DNA from: a virus
IMG/VR virus record: IMGVR_UViG_3300048589_001057
Coordinates: 1-64,000 of that record
Length of the DNA: 64,000 nt
Reading direction: 5' to 3' (one strand)
This document shows, one piece after another, positions 47,917-58,550 of the stretch (positions are counted from its first letter, which is position 1; every line of letters begins with the position of its first letter). A program made the position numbers and the translations under genes. The notes below the pieces were generated by a model that searched no databases, was not told the origin of the DNA, and saw only the letters and a program-made list of their open reading frames with translations.

Positions 47917-48230
47917 AAAATGAGGTGGCTATCCAAGAGGCTTATATTGAGGCTTTTGGTAAAAACCATATATTGCTGAAGCTAGCTGAGGAGGCAAGTG
48001 AGCTTACCCAAATTTGCCTAAAGCTAGTTGATAAAGATAACTTGAACTTACCTATATCCCCAGATTTAATTGGACATTTCTGGGAGGAGATGGCTCATTT
48101 AAAGCTATTCTGGGATATGGGTAAGAAAGTTATAAACCATGAGTATTTACTTCAGGATCACAGTACAGAGAGATTAAACAGGTTACAGGTAAAGTTAACA
48201 GAAAGGAAAAACCAACATGAAACATTCTAG
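47895..48230 (+). CDS. MazG-like NTP pyrophosphohydrolase fold protein
   Basis: KLAEEASELTQ...K...EEMAH (His where Asp is usual). Confidence 0.6.
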   Translation: MPERKVIKNEVAIQEAYIEAFGKNHILLKLAEEASELTQICLKLVDKDNLNLPISPDLIGHFWEEMAHLKLFWDMGKKVINHEYLLQDHSTERLNRLQVKLTERKNQHETF

Positions 48231-48681
48231 CTTAAATAGGATAAATCGAATTACCCTTTATCTCGAAACAGCCCGTCTCAATTCCAGACGGGCTACTTGT
48301 TTACGGGGTCAAGTAGGGGCTGTATTAGTAAGGGACAAACGGATTATAGCTTCTGGTTACAATGGGCCAGCTAAAGGGCAGGACCATTGTAATAGTACCA
48401 CTTGTGACTTATCTAAGCCATGTACTCACGCTATTCATGCAGAGGCTAATCTTATTGCCTATTGTGCAAAGCAGGGGATCGCTACAGATAAAGCTATCTT
48501 GATAGTCACAACTTGCCCATGCCAAAAATGCTCGGAAATCATTATCCAATCTGGTATAAACCGGATAGTTTATGATGGGGAATATAGAAATGAAGATGGG
48601 CTATCACTATTACTTCAGGCTAAAATTACAATAGTTAAGTACGAACCCAATATACATTTCCCAGATGATTTCTTCATATAA
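48217..48681 (+). CDS. dCMP deaminase
   Basis: C.R.QVGAV, GYNG, HAEAN, PCQKC. Confidence 0.93.
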   Translation: MKHSSLNRINRITLYLETARLNSRRATCLRGQVGAVLVRDKRIIASGYNGPAKGQDHCNSTTCDLSKPCTHAIHAEANLIAYCAKQGIATDKAILIVTTCPCQKCSEIIIQSGINRIVYDGEYRNEDGLSLLLQAKITIVKYEPNIHFPDDFFI

Positions 48682-50776
48682 AATATGCTTAATTCTAGAG
48701 GATATCTATGAGTTAATTGGGTATATCTACCAAACTGGCTATGCCTGTATAGATTTTGAAACATCCTCATTGGAATATTATGAAGAATCTGAATACCCAA
48801 CTATACTTGGTATATCATTTCAACCGGGTTCTGGGTGGATAATTCCTCTGGGTCATTATGAATCTCCATGGAGGGATACTTACCCTGAAATCATAAGGCT
48901 TTTAAAGCCAGTACTGGAAGACCCTAATATAGTCAAGATAGCATGGAATGCTAAATATGAATACAAATGGCTATTGCGATATGGGATTGAGCCTATGGGT
49001 AGGTTCTTCGATGCTATGCTATTAAAATACCTTCTTAAAGAGGATAGGCCCCATGACCTTAAGAGTATGGTAGATACCTACTTACCGGACTTCGGGGGTT
49101 ATGCTCTGAAGGGTAGTAACCGGGGTAACTTTGATTGGCGGAAAGTTCCCCTAAAGGAATTAAGTAAGTACTGTGCTTTAGATACAGATAACACATTGAG
49201 GTTATTCTTATTCTTAGAACCTAAAGTAATTGACCTGGGATTTTACTCCTTATTTAGGAACCTATTTTCCATGTTGGTTAGGGTTTTGGGTAAATGTGAG
49301 CACTTTGGTATGAAGGTAGATAAGAAATACCTATCAACTTTGGTCGCCAAGTATTCCAACCTCATCCAAGATAATGAATTGGCCTTACGTAACTCTAAAA
49401 AGGTAAAAAGGTATGAAAGGAAGAGATTAAAGAGCATAAAAGAAAAACTCATTGAGGAATTGGAAGAAGAGATTGAGGAATTGGAATCTAGGGGAGCTAG
49501 CCAACTTCAAATATCCAACAGGGTATCCAAGATCACCGCTATTAGAAGTGGGGGTAAAACCACCAAAAATATAGAAAAGCTTTTAGCCCCCATTAATTTT
49601 GGCAGCCCTAAACAAATGGCCGAGTTCTTATATGAAAGCCCATATGGGTTGGAATTACCCATATTAGATTACACTGACTCTGGGGCACCCTCTTCTGCTG
49701 AAGAAACTTTATTAAAACTTAAAGAACAGGATTCCTCCGGATTCATAGATAGATTATTAAAATCCCGGGAATTGGAAAAACTTAATTCCACCTACATCAC
49801 AGGTATATGGGAAAAACTATCATCTTCAGACCGGATTCATAGTTCTTATAAAATCAATGGTACTGTTACAGGTAGGTTAAGTTCAACCTCCCCTAACATG
49901 CAAAATGTTCCCCGGGTAACTACTAATCCAGATATTAAACCCATGTTTACAGCTCCCTCTGGGTATGCTTTGGTGGAATTAGATTATTCTCAAGCAGAGT
50001 TAAGAATCGTAGCAGAGCTGGCTAAAGAAAAACAAATGATTGAATGGTTCCAACAGGGCCATAATATTCACGTAGCTGTAGCAGCTAAAGTAGCTGGTGT
50101 TCCCTATGAAACAGCTTACCCCATAACCAAGGATGAAAATCACCCGGAACATAAAGAGTGGACTAAACGTAAAAAGAGAGCAAAGACGATTAACTTTGGA
50201 ATCCTATATGAGCAAGGCCCATCTAAGTTGGCTGTTACTCTTAAGTGTACTAAAGAAGAGGCAGCTAAGTTTAAGCAAGAGTGGCTAGAAACTTTCCCAG
50301 CTATAAGTAAATGGATTAACCGCCAACATAAACTAGCCCGTAAACATGGGTTCGTATATAATATGTGGGGTTTTAAAAGACGTCTACCAGAAATCTATTC
50401 CAGCAATAAGGGTAAACAAATGGAAGCTGAACGCCAATCAGTTAATGCCCCTATTCAGGGTGCCGCTTCATTCTTCACCCTATTCAGCGCCATCGTAATT
50501 GAAGAGATGAGACTTACGGGACAAATACCATTGGACTTCCCAATGGTATACACTGTACATGACTCTCTGGGTTTTTATGTTAGGCTGGATAAAATCCATG
50601 AATTTGCCAAGATAGCTGTACCAGTTATGGCAAACCCCCAAACTCAGGAGTTCTTTGGGTTCCAGATGAAATACGTTCCTATGAAAGCTTCCATGGAACT
50701 GGGTTTAAACTGGGGATCCTATCACGATTATTCACCAACTGAAGATTACACAAAATGGGCTTTAATAAACACTTAA
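48665..50776 (+). CDS. polA: family A DNA polymerase with 3'-5' exonuclease
   Basis: DFET, YCALD, TGRLSS..PNMQN, DYSQAELR, KTINFGILY, VHDS. Confidence 0.95.
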   Translation: MISSYKICLILEDIYELIGYIYQTGYACIDFETSSLEYYEESEYPTILGISFQPGSGWIIPLGHYESPWRDTYPEIIRLLKPVLEDPNIVKIAWNAKYEYKWLLRYGIEPMGRFFDAMLLKYLLKEDRPHDLKSMVDTYLPDFGGYALKGSNRGNFDWRKVPLKELSKYCALDTDNTLRLFLFLEPKVIDLGFYSLFRNLFSMLVRVLGKCEHFGMKVDKKYLSTLVAKYSNLIQDNELALRNSKKVKRYERKRLKSIKEKLIEELEEEIEELESRGASQLQISNRVSKITAIRSGGKTTKNIEKLLAPINFGSPKQMAEFLYESPYGLELPILDYTDSGAPSSAEETLLKLKEQDSSGFIDRLLKSRELEKLNSTYITGIWEKLSSSDRIHSSYKINGTVTGRLSSTSPNMQNVPRVTTNPDIKPMFTAPSGYALVELDYSQAELRIVAELAKEKQMIEWFQQGHNIHVAVAAKVAGVPYETAYPITKDENHPEHKEWTKRKKRAKTINFGILYEQGPSKLAVTLKCTKEEAAKFKQEWLETFPAISKWINRQHKLARKHGFVYNMWGFKRRLPEIYSSNKGKQMEAERQSVNAPIQGAASFFTLFSAIVIEEMRLTGQIPLDFPMVYTVHDSLGFYVRLDKIHEFAKIAVPVMANPQTQEFFGFQMKYVPMKASMELGLNWGSYHDYSPTEDYTKWALINT

Positions 50777-51405
50777 TCCTTAAATCATCTGAACCTATGA
50801 CAAATTACAGAATCGCCTTATGTGGCCCCAGTGGTAGTGGGAAATCTACTTTAGCAAATGCCATAGCAACTCATTTGCAAATACCCTACAAAGAAAACAG
50901 CGCAGGACTCCTCCTCCCTAAGGAAGACCAGGATTTTCTGATCTCCAATTTTGGCTGGAAAAAATCTGGCCATTCTGATGTAATAGCTTTATCTCATACC
51001 AACCCGGCTTTTGGGTGGGAGTTCCAAACTCGCTTACTAGCTGCCAGGTCCAAGTTCATGCAGTCAAATGCCAATTACATCATTGACAGGAGTCCAGTGG
51101 ATAACCTGGTTTATTTTTTAATGCAAACGGCTTTACACTATCCACAGGAATCAGCAAAGTATTTCATTGAAGCTGCCCAATTGGCCGCCAGGAATTTAAC
51201 CCACCTTATTTTTATCCCCACCATGTTAACCGGGGAAATAGAGAATAATGGTTCTAGGGTAGCTAACTATTACTACCAACAGATGGTAACATCCATATTC
51301 GCCCACGTAATCCATACTTACTTCCAAGGAGTTAAATTCTTGGAGCTACCCACAAGTAATTTTGAGTTAAGGCGTAGTGCCACTCTTAAATTCTTGCACA
51401 CTTAA
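50755..51405 (+). CDS. P-loop nucleotide monophosphate kinase-like protein
   Basis: GPSGSGKST, IIDRSPVD. Confidence 0.8.
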   Translation: MGFNKHLILKSSEPMTNYRIALCGPSGSGKSTLANAIATHLQIPYKENSAGLLLPKEDQDFLISNFGWKKSGHSDVIALSHTNPAFGWEFQTRLLAARSKFMQSNANYIIDRSPVDNLVYFLMQTALHYPQESAKYFIEAAQLAARNLTHLIFIPTMLTGEIENNGSRVANYYYQQMVTSIFAHVIHTYFQGVKFLELPTSNFELRRSATLKFLHT

Positions 51406-51430
51406 AACTATTAATTAGTAAATACCACAT

Positions 51431-51889
51431 ATGAAGAAACTACAAAAATATGCCAAAGCTTCCAGCTTAATGGATATAACTATTGTCCTGGATAATGGGG
51501 AGAAATTCAAGTTTAACCTATACCGAGAATTAGAAATTTCTGAAGAGAGGTTAAACTTTGAAGCCATGGAACAGCCATCATCATATGCTTTTCTAAGCAC
51601 CCTTTATCAGAAACTCATCAAAGTGGTAGATGATCGTAAGTTAGAAGCTTCTAAAGCTTGGGCTAAATACTATATCGCAGTAAAAGCAGATATTAATCCC
51701 AACACAGGGAGGAATTATGCAGATGACTTGGCTAAAGCCATGGCTGATGACAGTGATGAGTATGCTGAGGCAATGGAAGCTTATAGTACAGCAAAATACA
51801 AAGCTGGCTTACTACAAACATGTGTTTCTTCCTTTGAATCAAGAGCTAATTTAATCCAAACAATTTCAGCAAACAATCGTAAACATTAA
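51431..51889 (+). CDS. UvsY-like recombination mediator
   Basis: Helical 152-aa protein upstream of SSB and RecA. Confidence 0.55.
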   Translation: MKKLQKYAKASSLMDITIVLDNGEKFKFNLYRELEISEERLNFEAMEQPSSYAFLSTLYQKLIKVVDDRKLEASKAWAKYYIAVKADINPNTGRNYADDLAKAMADDSDEYAEAMEAYSTAKYKAGLLQTCVSSFESRANLIQTISANNRKH

Positions 51890-51892
51890 AAC

Positions 51893-52642
51893 ATGGGAAC
51901 AAAAAAGAAAGAGTCAGTAAAAGAAAGACTGGCCAAGAAAAGAAAAGAAATCGCCTCCAGGGGAAAGGGGCTAGATTTTATAATCCTTAAGGAAGGTACT
52001 TTAAGGGTTAGGCCCCTACCAGTAGGGGAGGACGAAGAATTCGGATTTGAAATAACCCAATTCTATTTGGGTGGTACTATCAAGGGGGTTATAAGCCCCT
52101 CCTCAGTTGGTCTGCCTTGTGCTCTTATGGAAAAGTACCTTGAATTAAAAGATTCAAAGGATGCTGGGGATAAGTCTTTAGCCAAAGCCCTTTCTCCAAA
52201 GAAAAAAACAGTTGTCCCAGTAATTGTATATGCAGATACTAAAGGGAAAACAGTAGACACTGAGAAGTCTACCGAAAATGGTAAACTGTTCTTAATTACC
52301 TCCGGAGTATATGCTAGTATGATTGATAGCTACCTGGATGAGGATGACTGGGGAGATTTTACCGATCCAATTAATGGCTACGACTTTAAAGTTACCCGTA
52401 CTGGCTCTGGTAGGTTCGATACTGAATACTCCTGCGTACCATGCCCAAAATCTCCTTTACCAAAACCCTACAAGAATAAGGTTATAAACCTCAAGGAGAT
52501 GGTCATGAATATTTTACCCACCTACGAGGAGACTCTGGAGAAACTTAATGAATTCCTTAATGAAGCCCCTCAGGATCAAGAGGAAGAGGAAGAAAGACCA
52601 GCCAGATTAAAAAAGAAAAAATCCCGTAAAAGCGATATCTAA
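51893..52642 (+). CDS. single-stranded DNA-binding protein (gp32-like)
   Basis: RVRPLP, DFTDP.NGYDFKVTRTGSG..TEY, charged tail. Confidence 0.8.
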   Translation: MGTKKKESVKERLAKKRKEIASRGKGLDFIILKEGTLRVRPLPVGEDEEFGFEITQFYLGGTIKGVISPSSVGLPCALMEKYLELKDSKDAGDKSLAKALSPKKKTVVPVIVYADTKGKTVDTEKSTENGKLFLITSGVYASMIDSYLDEDDWGDFTDPINGYDFKVTRTGSGRFDTEYSCVPCPKSPLPKPYKNKVINLKEMVMNILPTYEETLEKLNEFLNEAPQDQEEEEERPARLKKKKSRKSDI

Positions 52643-52644
52643 AT

Positions 52645-54855
52645 ATGGCTAAGAAGTCAAAAAAGGGGGGTATTTTATCCCCCTTACAAATCCAGAAAAA
52701 ATACCCTGGTTCTGGTATAGCTACATCTATAGCCATACCATCCCTGGACACTCTTTGGATCCCCTCTCGGTGCTTACCCCTTAATTATGCCACTGGTGGG
52801 GGTATCCCCTACGGTAAAATCCTAGAAATCTATGGCCAGGAAAGCTCGGGTAAAACTCTAGCCGCTTTAGACTTTGGGTCGGTAGTTCAGGCTTTGGGTG
52901 GGGAGATTATGTACAATGATGCAGAGATGGCATTCACTATTGACTGGGCTATAAAAAATGGCCTAGACCCCAATAAAATACACCTTTACCCAGAAACTTC
53001 GGTGGAACTAATATCCGACTGGATAATGGATACAGCCATATCCATTAGGGCTAGGTTAGTAAAAAATGAGCCAATACTATTCATCCAAGATTCCATTGCC
53101 GCTTTAGATTGTATGGCCAATATCAATTCTTCCCAGACTGATTCCAAAGCTGAGATGGGTAATAGGGCTAAAGCTATCTATAAAATGGTAAGGATTAGGA
53201 ATCAAATGCTGGCTGAGATGGGAGTAACCTCAATTTTTATAAACCAGATAAGAAGTAATATCAAAGCCTCTACAAGCCGGTTCTCTGGGGTCGACCCCGA
53301 CTGCCTCCACTACAATACCCTAGTCCATCTTGTGGACGGTAGAACTTTACCCATTGGGGAAATCGTAAGGGGGAAAATTGCCGGTGAGGTTTGGAGTTAT
53401 AATGAAACTACTTTATCCGTAGAACCCAAGCCTATCATCGGCTGGGTGGAAAAAGAGAAGCTTGAACCCGGAGAAAAATGGCTATCCATCGTAACCAATG
53501 GGCCTGGAAGTAAAGGGGGGAAATTTGGTATTGTCTGTACGGAAAAACACGGTATATTCACTGCTTTTAAGGGTTGGGTTAATGCCCGAGATTTAAAGGT
53601 TGGGGATATGGTATTAACCTATGCCCCCTATAAAATCAATGGTACCCTCAGGGACTTCTTAGAGGGCTCGGCGATAGGGGATTCTTCCATTAGAGTAAGG
53701 GATACCAGTACGGCTAGGTATAGGCTACAAGATTCAGAACAGCCAGAATACCTACAGTGGAAGTTGAATTTACTATCCGAACATTACTCTTTTAAAGCCG
53801 AATACGATAGTCAATTGAATATCCGGTTTACCACTGATTACTCTACGGAGTGGGCTATCTTCGGGGCAAAATTCCCTAATCGTAATCCCTCAGCTTTATT
53901 CTGTAATACCCCTAATGCCTTAACCATGGCAGTTTGGTATATGGATGATGGACATCTATCCGACTCAGGGATTATAAGCATAGCCATATCCCCAAAGAGA
54001 GTTGACTTGCAGGAATTGGCGGAATGGTTGTCGGGGTATGGGTATATATGTAAACCCTATAAAAAGGGGATAAGGTTTAGTAATGACGGGGGTAAAAGAT
54101 TACACCGGCTTATTGCTAAATACGTCCCTGAATGCATGGCCCATAAACTTAAACCCGAATATCAGGGAATGCATGAGCCATTTGGGTTAACCTGCCACCC
54201 AGAAATTACCCCCCTACCCACTAAAGTGGTAAGTATCAATGGGGCTGGGGAAAGGCATTACCGGAAACTCCATAAGTACGACCTTACTATCCAAGATAAC
54301 CATAGCTTCTTCGCTGGCAGTGTTGGCCCAGGTTTCCTGGTACATAACACTACCCCTGGGGGTCAAGCCATGAAGTTTTTTGCCAGTATTAGGTTGGGTA
54401 TATATGCTGGTAGACAAATTAAGGAGAAGGTAGGGGGTTATGAAGACCGAGTGGGATCTGAAACTTCAGTAAGGGTTAAGAAGAATAAGGTAGCTCCCCC
54501 AAAGCCAACTTTTAAAGCCAAGATGTATTTTAATCCTGACTATGAGGCTAAGCCTCTTGGATTTGACAGGTATTTTGGATTAGGGGAATTACTTATTCGA
54601 ACTAATGTACTAAGCCGTAAGCCAAATAGCAGTATGATATACCTGGATGGTACTTTGATTGCCAGAGGTGAAAAGAGCTTAGATTTAAAACTGGCTAAAG
54701 ATGCTAAATTACGTAGAGCTTTGATAAAGGCTTCATCGATTAATACCGTATCCAAAACACGGAATAAACTCAATGGGTTATCCCATAATTTATACCCAGT
54801 AAAAACCAAGAAGTTCATCTCCCAATTAAATGATGAGGAAAATGAAGATGAGTAA
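52645..54855 (+). CDS. recA: RecA/UvsX recombinase containing an intein
   Basis: GGGIPYGKILEIYGQESSGKT, DSIAAL, INQIR, TPGG.AMKFFAS.R, KNKVAPP. Confidence 0.95.
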   Translation: MAKKSKKGGILSPLQIQKKYPGSGIATSIAIPSLDTLWIPSRCLPLNYATGGGIPYGKILEIYGQESSGKTLAALDFGSVVQALGGEIMYNDAEMAFTIDWAIKNGLDPNKIHLYPETSVELISDWIMDTAISIRARLVKNEPILFIQDSIAALDCMANINSSQTDSKAEMGNRAKAIYKMVRIRNQMLAEMGVTSIFINQIRSNIKASTSRFSGVDPDCLHYNTLVHLVDGRTLPIGEIVRGKIAGEVWSYNETTLSVEPKPIIGWVEKEKLEPGEKWLSIVTNGPGSKGGKFGIVCTEKHGIFTAFKGWVNARDLKVGDMVLTYAPYKINGTLRDFLEGSAIGDSSIRVRDTSTARYRLQDSEQPEYLQWKLNLLSEHYSFKAEYDSQLNIRFTTDYSTEWAIFGAKFPNRNPSALFCNTPNALTMAVWYMDDGHLSDSGIISIAISPKRVDLQELAEWLSGYGYICKPYKKGIRFSNDGGKRLHRLIAKYVPECMAHKLKPEYQGMHEPFGLTCHPEITPLPTKVVSINGAGERHYRKLHKYDLTIQDNHSFFAGSVGPGFLVHNTTPGGQAMKFFASIRLGIYAGRQIKEKVGGYEDRVGSETSVRVKKNKVAPPKPTFKAKMYFNPDYEAKPLGFDRYFGLGELLIRTNVLSRKPNSSMIYLDGTLIARGEKSLDLKLAKDAKLRRALIKASSINTVSKTRNKLNGLSHNLYPVKTKKFISQLNDEENEDE
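53302..54348 (+). mobile_element. intein (349 aa) with LAGLIDADG homing endonuclease
   Basis: Starts CLHYNTLV, ends FLVHN before Thr; LEGSAIGDSS and AVWYMDDG motifs. Confidence 0.93.
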
Positions 54856-55732
54856 AATATTAATCATTGATGGAGATAATGCTCTTCACCGGGCTTATCA
54901 TAAATACGGGGGGTTTACCAATATATCAGGTAAACCCTCTTCCATTATATTTGGTTTCCCCTACATAGTTAGGTCAGCTATCGTTAGAATTAAACCCACT
55001 AAAGTATATGTAGTATTCGATGGTGGCCGTTCTGAGCATAGGTTAGCTTTACTACCTACTTACAAAGAAAGGGAACAAAAACTGGGGTTTGATTATGAAA
55101 ACTTCCAATCCCAAAAAGCCATAGCTATGAAGATAACGATGGACCTTGGGATAAGGGTAGTACATGGTAAAAGCTATGAAGCCGATGACCTTATTTATGG
55201 CTTATGCCGTAAGCATAATAAAAGCCATATTTGTATTCTCTCAGGAGACAAGGATTTTCACCAGCTAATATCCTCCACTATCAGTGTATATTCACCTCAC
55301 AAGGAAATAGAACTTACCCATAAGAATCTCCATAGGTATTTCCCTTACCATGCTGAAGAGGTAGTAGATTACCTTTGCTTAATAGGGGATAAGTCTGATA
55401 AGATTCCTGGCTATGGGGGCATTGGTGAAAAAAGGGCTAGGCAATTCCTGGATAAGTTTGGGTCTATCAAAAATTTTTTAAAATCATATAACCCAAGTAT
55501 GGGTAAAGCTCCAGACCCTATTAAGATGGCTTCCCTTTATAAGCTAAACCGGCAGTTAATTGACCTGCGTTTATTCTACCGTAAATTCCTGTTGGGTAAA
55601 ATGAAGTTGCCAATAAAAAACCCATACCCATTATTCCAACTACCAGCTGTTGCTCAAGTAGCTCGGGAATATGAAGTAAAAACTCTCCTGAAATCCGAGT
55701 TTATTCAAACTTTCAAAGACCTAGCCAAGTGA
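54848..55732 (+). CDS. 5'-3' exonuclease / flap endonuclease
   Basis: IIDG..., VFDG, YEADD, SGDKDFHQL, GDKSDKIPG..GIGEK. Start placed at MSK rather than 54830. Confidence 0.93.
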   Translation: MSKILIIDGDNALHRAYHKYGGFTNISGKPSSIIFGFPYIVRSAIVRIKPTKVYVVFDGGRSEHRLALLPTYKEREQKLGFDYENFQSQKAIAMKITMDLGIRVVHGKSYEADDLIYGLCRKHNKSHICILSGDKDFHQLISSTISVYSPHKEIELTHKNLHRYFPYHAEEVVDYLCLIGDKSDKIPGYGGIGEKRARQFLDKFGSIKNFLKSYNPSMGKAPDPIKMASLYKLNRQLIDLRLFYRKFLLGKMKLPIKNPYPLFQLPAVAQVAREYEVKTLLKSEFIQTFKDLAK

Positions 55733-56709
55733 AGAACAAGAAAATAATAGCCTTATCAATCTCAGATATCCATATACACAAATGGAAATCCCATAATGAG
55801 GGAATGAAACGGACTAAGGATACCATGAAGATACTACAATACGTTTCGAATAAGGCCGAGGAATTATCGGTCCCCGTATTATGCCCGGGAGATTTATTCC
55901 ATGGGGAGGTAGGTCCAATACTATTATCCTTTGTTGAAGATCACTGGCCTTCCTACTTCAGGGAAAACTTCTTTGCCATTAGTGGTAATCATGATCAGGA
56001 AGAAAAATCATTTGTGGATAGTCAGCAACCCTCTATGGTTACCTACTTCCATAAAAAAGGTCTTCTTCAATGCCTAGACTTTGAGTATAGGGTATTACCT
56101 GATTTCTTTACTTATGGGATACCATATCTAACCTACAACAAGGGCCTACTACAAGCTATTGAAAACCTGGCAGTATCCACTTCAGATAACTACTACAAAA
56201 TATTAATGATACACACCGATTTATATGGGGCTAAAGAAAGTGATGGGCGTGAAGTGGGTACTGTTGAGGGTTTACCAAGGGATATGGGAAAACTTTTTGA
56301 ACCCTTCGATTTGGTGTTATGTGGCCATATTCATAAACCCCAGGAAATAATTCCCGGTAAGGTTATAATGGTTGGGGCTCCTCAACAACAAAGGAAGTCA
56401 GATGCGGATGGGGAGTTTGGTTACTGGGAAATATACTCAGACTTCTCCTATAAGTTTGTACCCCTAGACTGGCCCAGTAAATTCATGTTTTATAATGAAG
56501 GGGATATACCGGGAGATGATTATAACTATTGGATTATGAACCGAGCTGAGGGTGTTGGGGTGGTTGATGAAGACACCCTTGAATTTTCAAGTAAATCCAG
56601 TACTACCCACTTAGCAAAGGCCTTTCTAACGGCTACCGGAGAGAAAAGGTATTCCTATAAGAAGGCATTGATTAACACATTAAAGGAAGCTGATGATGAT
56701 ACATTTTAA
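55729..56709 (+). CDS. SbcD/Mre11-like nuclease
   Basis: SDIH, GDLF, GNHD, GHIHKPQ. Confidence 0.9.
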   Translation: MKNKKIIALSISDIHIHKWKSHNEGMKRTKDTMKILQYVSNKAEELSVPVLCPGDLFHGEVGPILLSFVEDHWPSYFRENFFAISGNHDQEEKSFVDSQQPSMVTYFHKKGLLQCLDFEYRVLPDFFTYGIPYLTYNKGLLQAIENLAVSTSDNYYKILMIHTDLYGAKESDGREVGTVEGLPRDMGKLFEPFDLVLCGHIHKPQEIIPGKVIMVGAPQQQRKSDADGEFGYWEIYSDFSYKFVPLDWPSKFMFYNEGDIPGDDYNYWIMNRAEGVGVVDEDTLEFSSKSSTTHLAKAFLTATGEKRYSYKKALINTLKEADDDTF

Positions 56710-58543
56710 TACTCTAGAGATTACAGGCTTTGGTTCGATGATAGAGCCATACACCTTGGATTTCACTAATCATGGTTTAGTATTAATTAAGGGGGAAAAC
56801 GGTGCGGGTAAAACTACTGGGTTCTCAGCCTTATTTTGGGTACTCTATGGGGAAACTCTTAAAAATAAATCCACAGTTAATACTTGGGAACACCTAAGGC
56901 CTAAAAATTACTTAGGTACAAAGGTAAGCCTAACTTTTAATCGCAAGGGTAAAAACCTACAGGTCATAAGGTGCCAGGAATACAAGGGGGATATAGTACC
57001 GGGAATCAAGGGGGCTAATCGTCTAATGGTATTGGATGAACATGGGAAAGAATTATTTCAGAACAAATCAAAGCCGGAATTGCAAAAGAAATTAACCCAG
57101 TTAATTGGCCTATCCCCGGACTTATTCAAATCATCCATTATCTTCGGCCAAAAGATGAAGAGGTTGGTTGACGAGGATGGGCCTACTAAAAAGAAAATAT
57201 TCGAAGAGGCCTTCGGTGTGGATTATATTAATCTGGCCAAGGATATAGCCTATAAGAAATTTAAGGCTTTAGAATCTGAACTTATACCCATGGATAGAGC
57301 TTTATTCGGTAAGCAATCTGCCAGGGAAACTCAGGTAGAGAATATAGAAAAGATTAAAGAGAGGATGGCTAACCATGAAACCACCAAGGCTACCCAGCTG
57401 GATAATTTAAAAAGCCAACTTAAGGCTATAAAAAAATCCCTGGAAGATTGTACTATGGGTAAGGAAGAATTCCTTATTCAGGATAAGAGTTTATCGGAAT
57501 TAAAAAATAAACTAGTAAAATCCAAACTGGCTTTTGATAAGTCCAAGTATACCCAATTATCTACCCAAGTAACTAAGGATGAGTATAAGATTAAAGAATA
57601 CGAAAAAGCCATACTTGAATACCAAAAGAACTTGGCCGGCCTATCAGAAACCGGACTTTGCCCATTCTGTGGAGCTAAAGTAAAGCCAAAGGAATTGGCT
57701 AATCACCAAGAAGAGATTACCTCTAAAATAACCCAATATGATATTGCATTACAAGAAGTCAAAAAGGCATCAAATGGGCATAAAAAGGAGTTAGCTAGTT
57801 TAATCAAACGGTTAAATAACATAGAATTAACTGAAAATAAAATTGATAGACTAGCATCGGATATATCCAAGCTATACAACTACCATCCGGAAAAAGAAAA
57901 GGCTTTACAAACTCAGATAAAAAATAAGAGGGGGGAAATAGCCTCTCTAAGGAAGTCAGTTATAAATTTTGGGCTGGAAGATGCTATAGGCGAACTCTCT
58001 AGATTAGAAAGTGAAACCAAAGTATTAGATAAGCAAGTAAAAGGGTTAAGAAGGAAATACCAAGTACAGGAATGGCTATATTCCAAGGCCCTATCCAACT
58101 CTGGGCTAAAAGCCTTCATTTTTAATCAAATGCTAAATAGCCTAAATATCATCTTGGAGAATTACGCCAAACAATTTGGTATTCGCCCATATTTCATGGT
58201 AGATATGGCTTCTGCCCGTAAGGACATAGTTTCATTTGCCTACATCAATGGTGCACCAGTATCATTTGCTGACCTTTCCGGTGGACAAGCACAATTAGCC
58301 AATATCATTACCGCTTTTGCAGCCCATGATTTAATTGCAAAAGGTAGATTTAATATCATGGTATTGGATGAGGTATTTGAATCTCTTAGCGCAACCAACG
58401 TTGAAATAGTCACGGAACTAATATCCAGTAAGGCCTTAAATCAACAAGTATTCCTAATCACCCATAATAAAGACTTCAAACCAACAGGTGCCCGTACACT
58501 AGAATTTACATTACAAGATGGGGTAACCAGGCCACTATTATAA
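56693..58543 (+). CDS. SbcC/Rad50-like ATPase
   Basis: GENGAGKT, coiled coil with CPFC hook, LSGGQ, LDEVF, ITH. Confidence 0.93.
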   Translation: MMIHFNTLEITGFGSMIEPYTLDFTNHGLVLIKGENGAGKTTGFSALFWVLYGETLKNKSTVNTWEHLRPKNYLGTKVSLTFNRKGKNLQVIRCQEYKGDIVPGIKGANRLMVLDEHGKELFQNKSKPELQKKLTQLIGLSPDLFKSSIIFGQKMKRLVDEDGPTKKKIFEEAFGVDYINLAKDIAYKKFKALESELIPMDRALFGKQSARETQVENIEKIKERMANHETTKATQLDNLKSQLKAIKKSLEDCTMGKEEFLIQDKSLSELKNKLVKSKLAFDKSKYTQLSTQVTKDEYKIKEYEKAILEYQKNLAGLSETGLCPFCGAKVKPKELANHQEEITSKITQYDIALQEVKKASNGHKKELASLIKRLNNIELTENKIDRLASDISKLYNYHPEKEKALQTQIKNKRGEIASLRKSVINFGLEDAIGELSRLESETKVLDKQVKGLRRKYQVQEWLYSKALSNSGLKAFIFNQMLNSLNIILENYAKQFGIRPYFMVDMASARKDIVSFAYINGAPVSFADLSGGQAQLANIITAFAAHDLIAKGRFNIMVLDEVFESLSATNVEIVTELISSKALNQQVFLITHNKDFKPTGARTLEFTLQDGVTRPLL

Positions 58544-58550
58544 AATAAAA

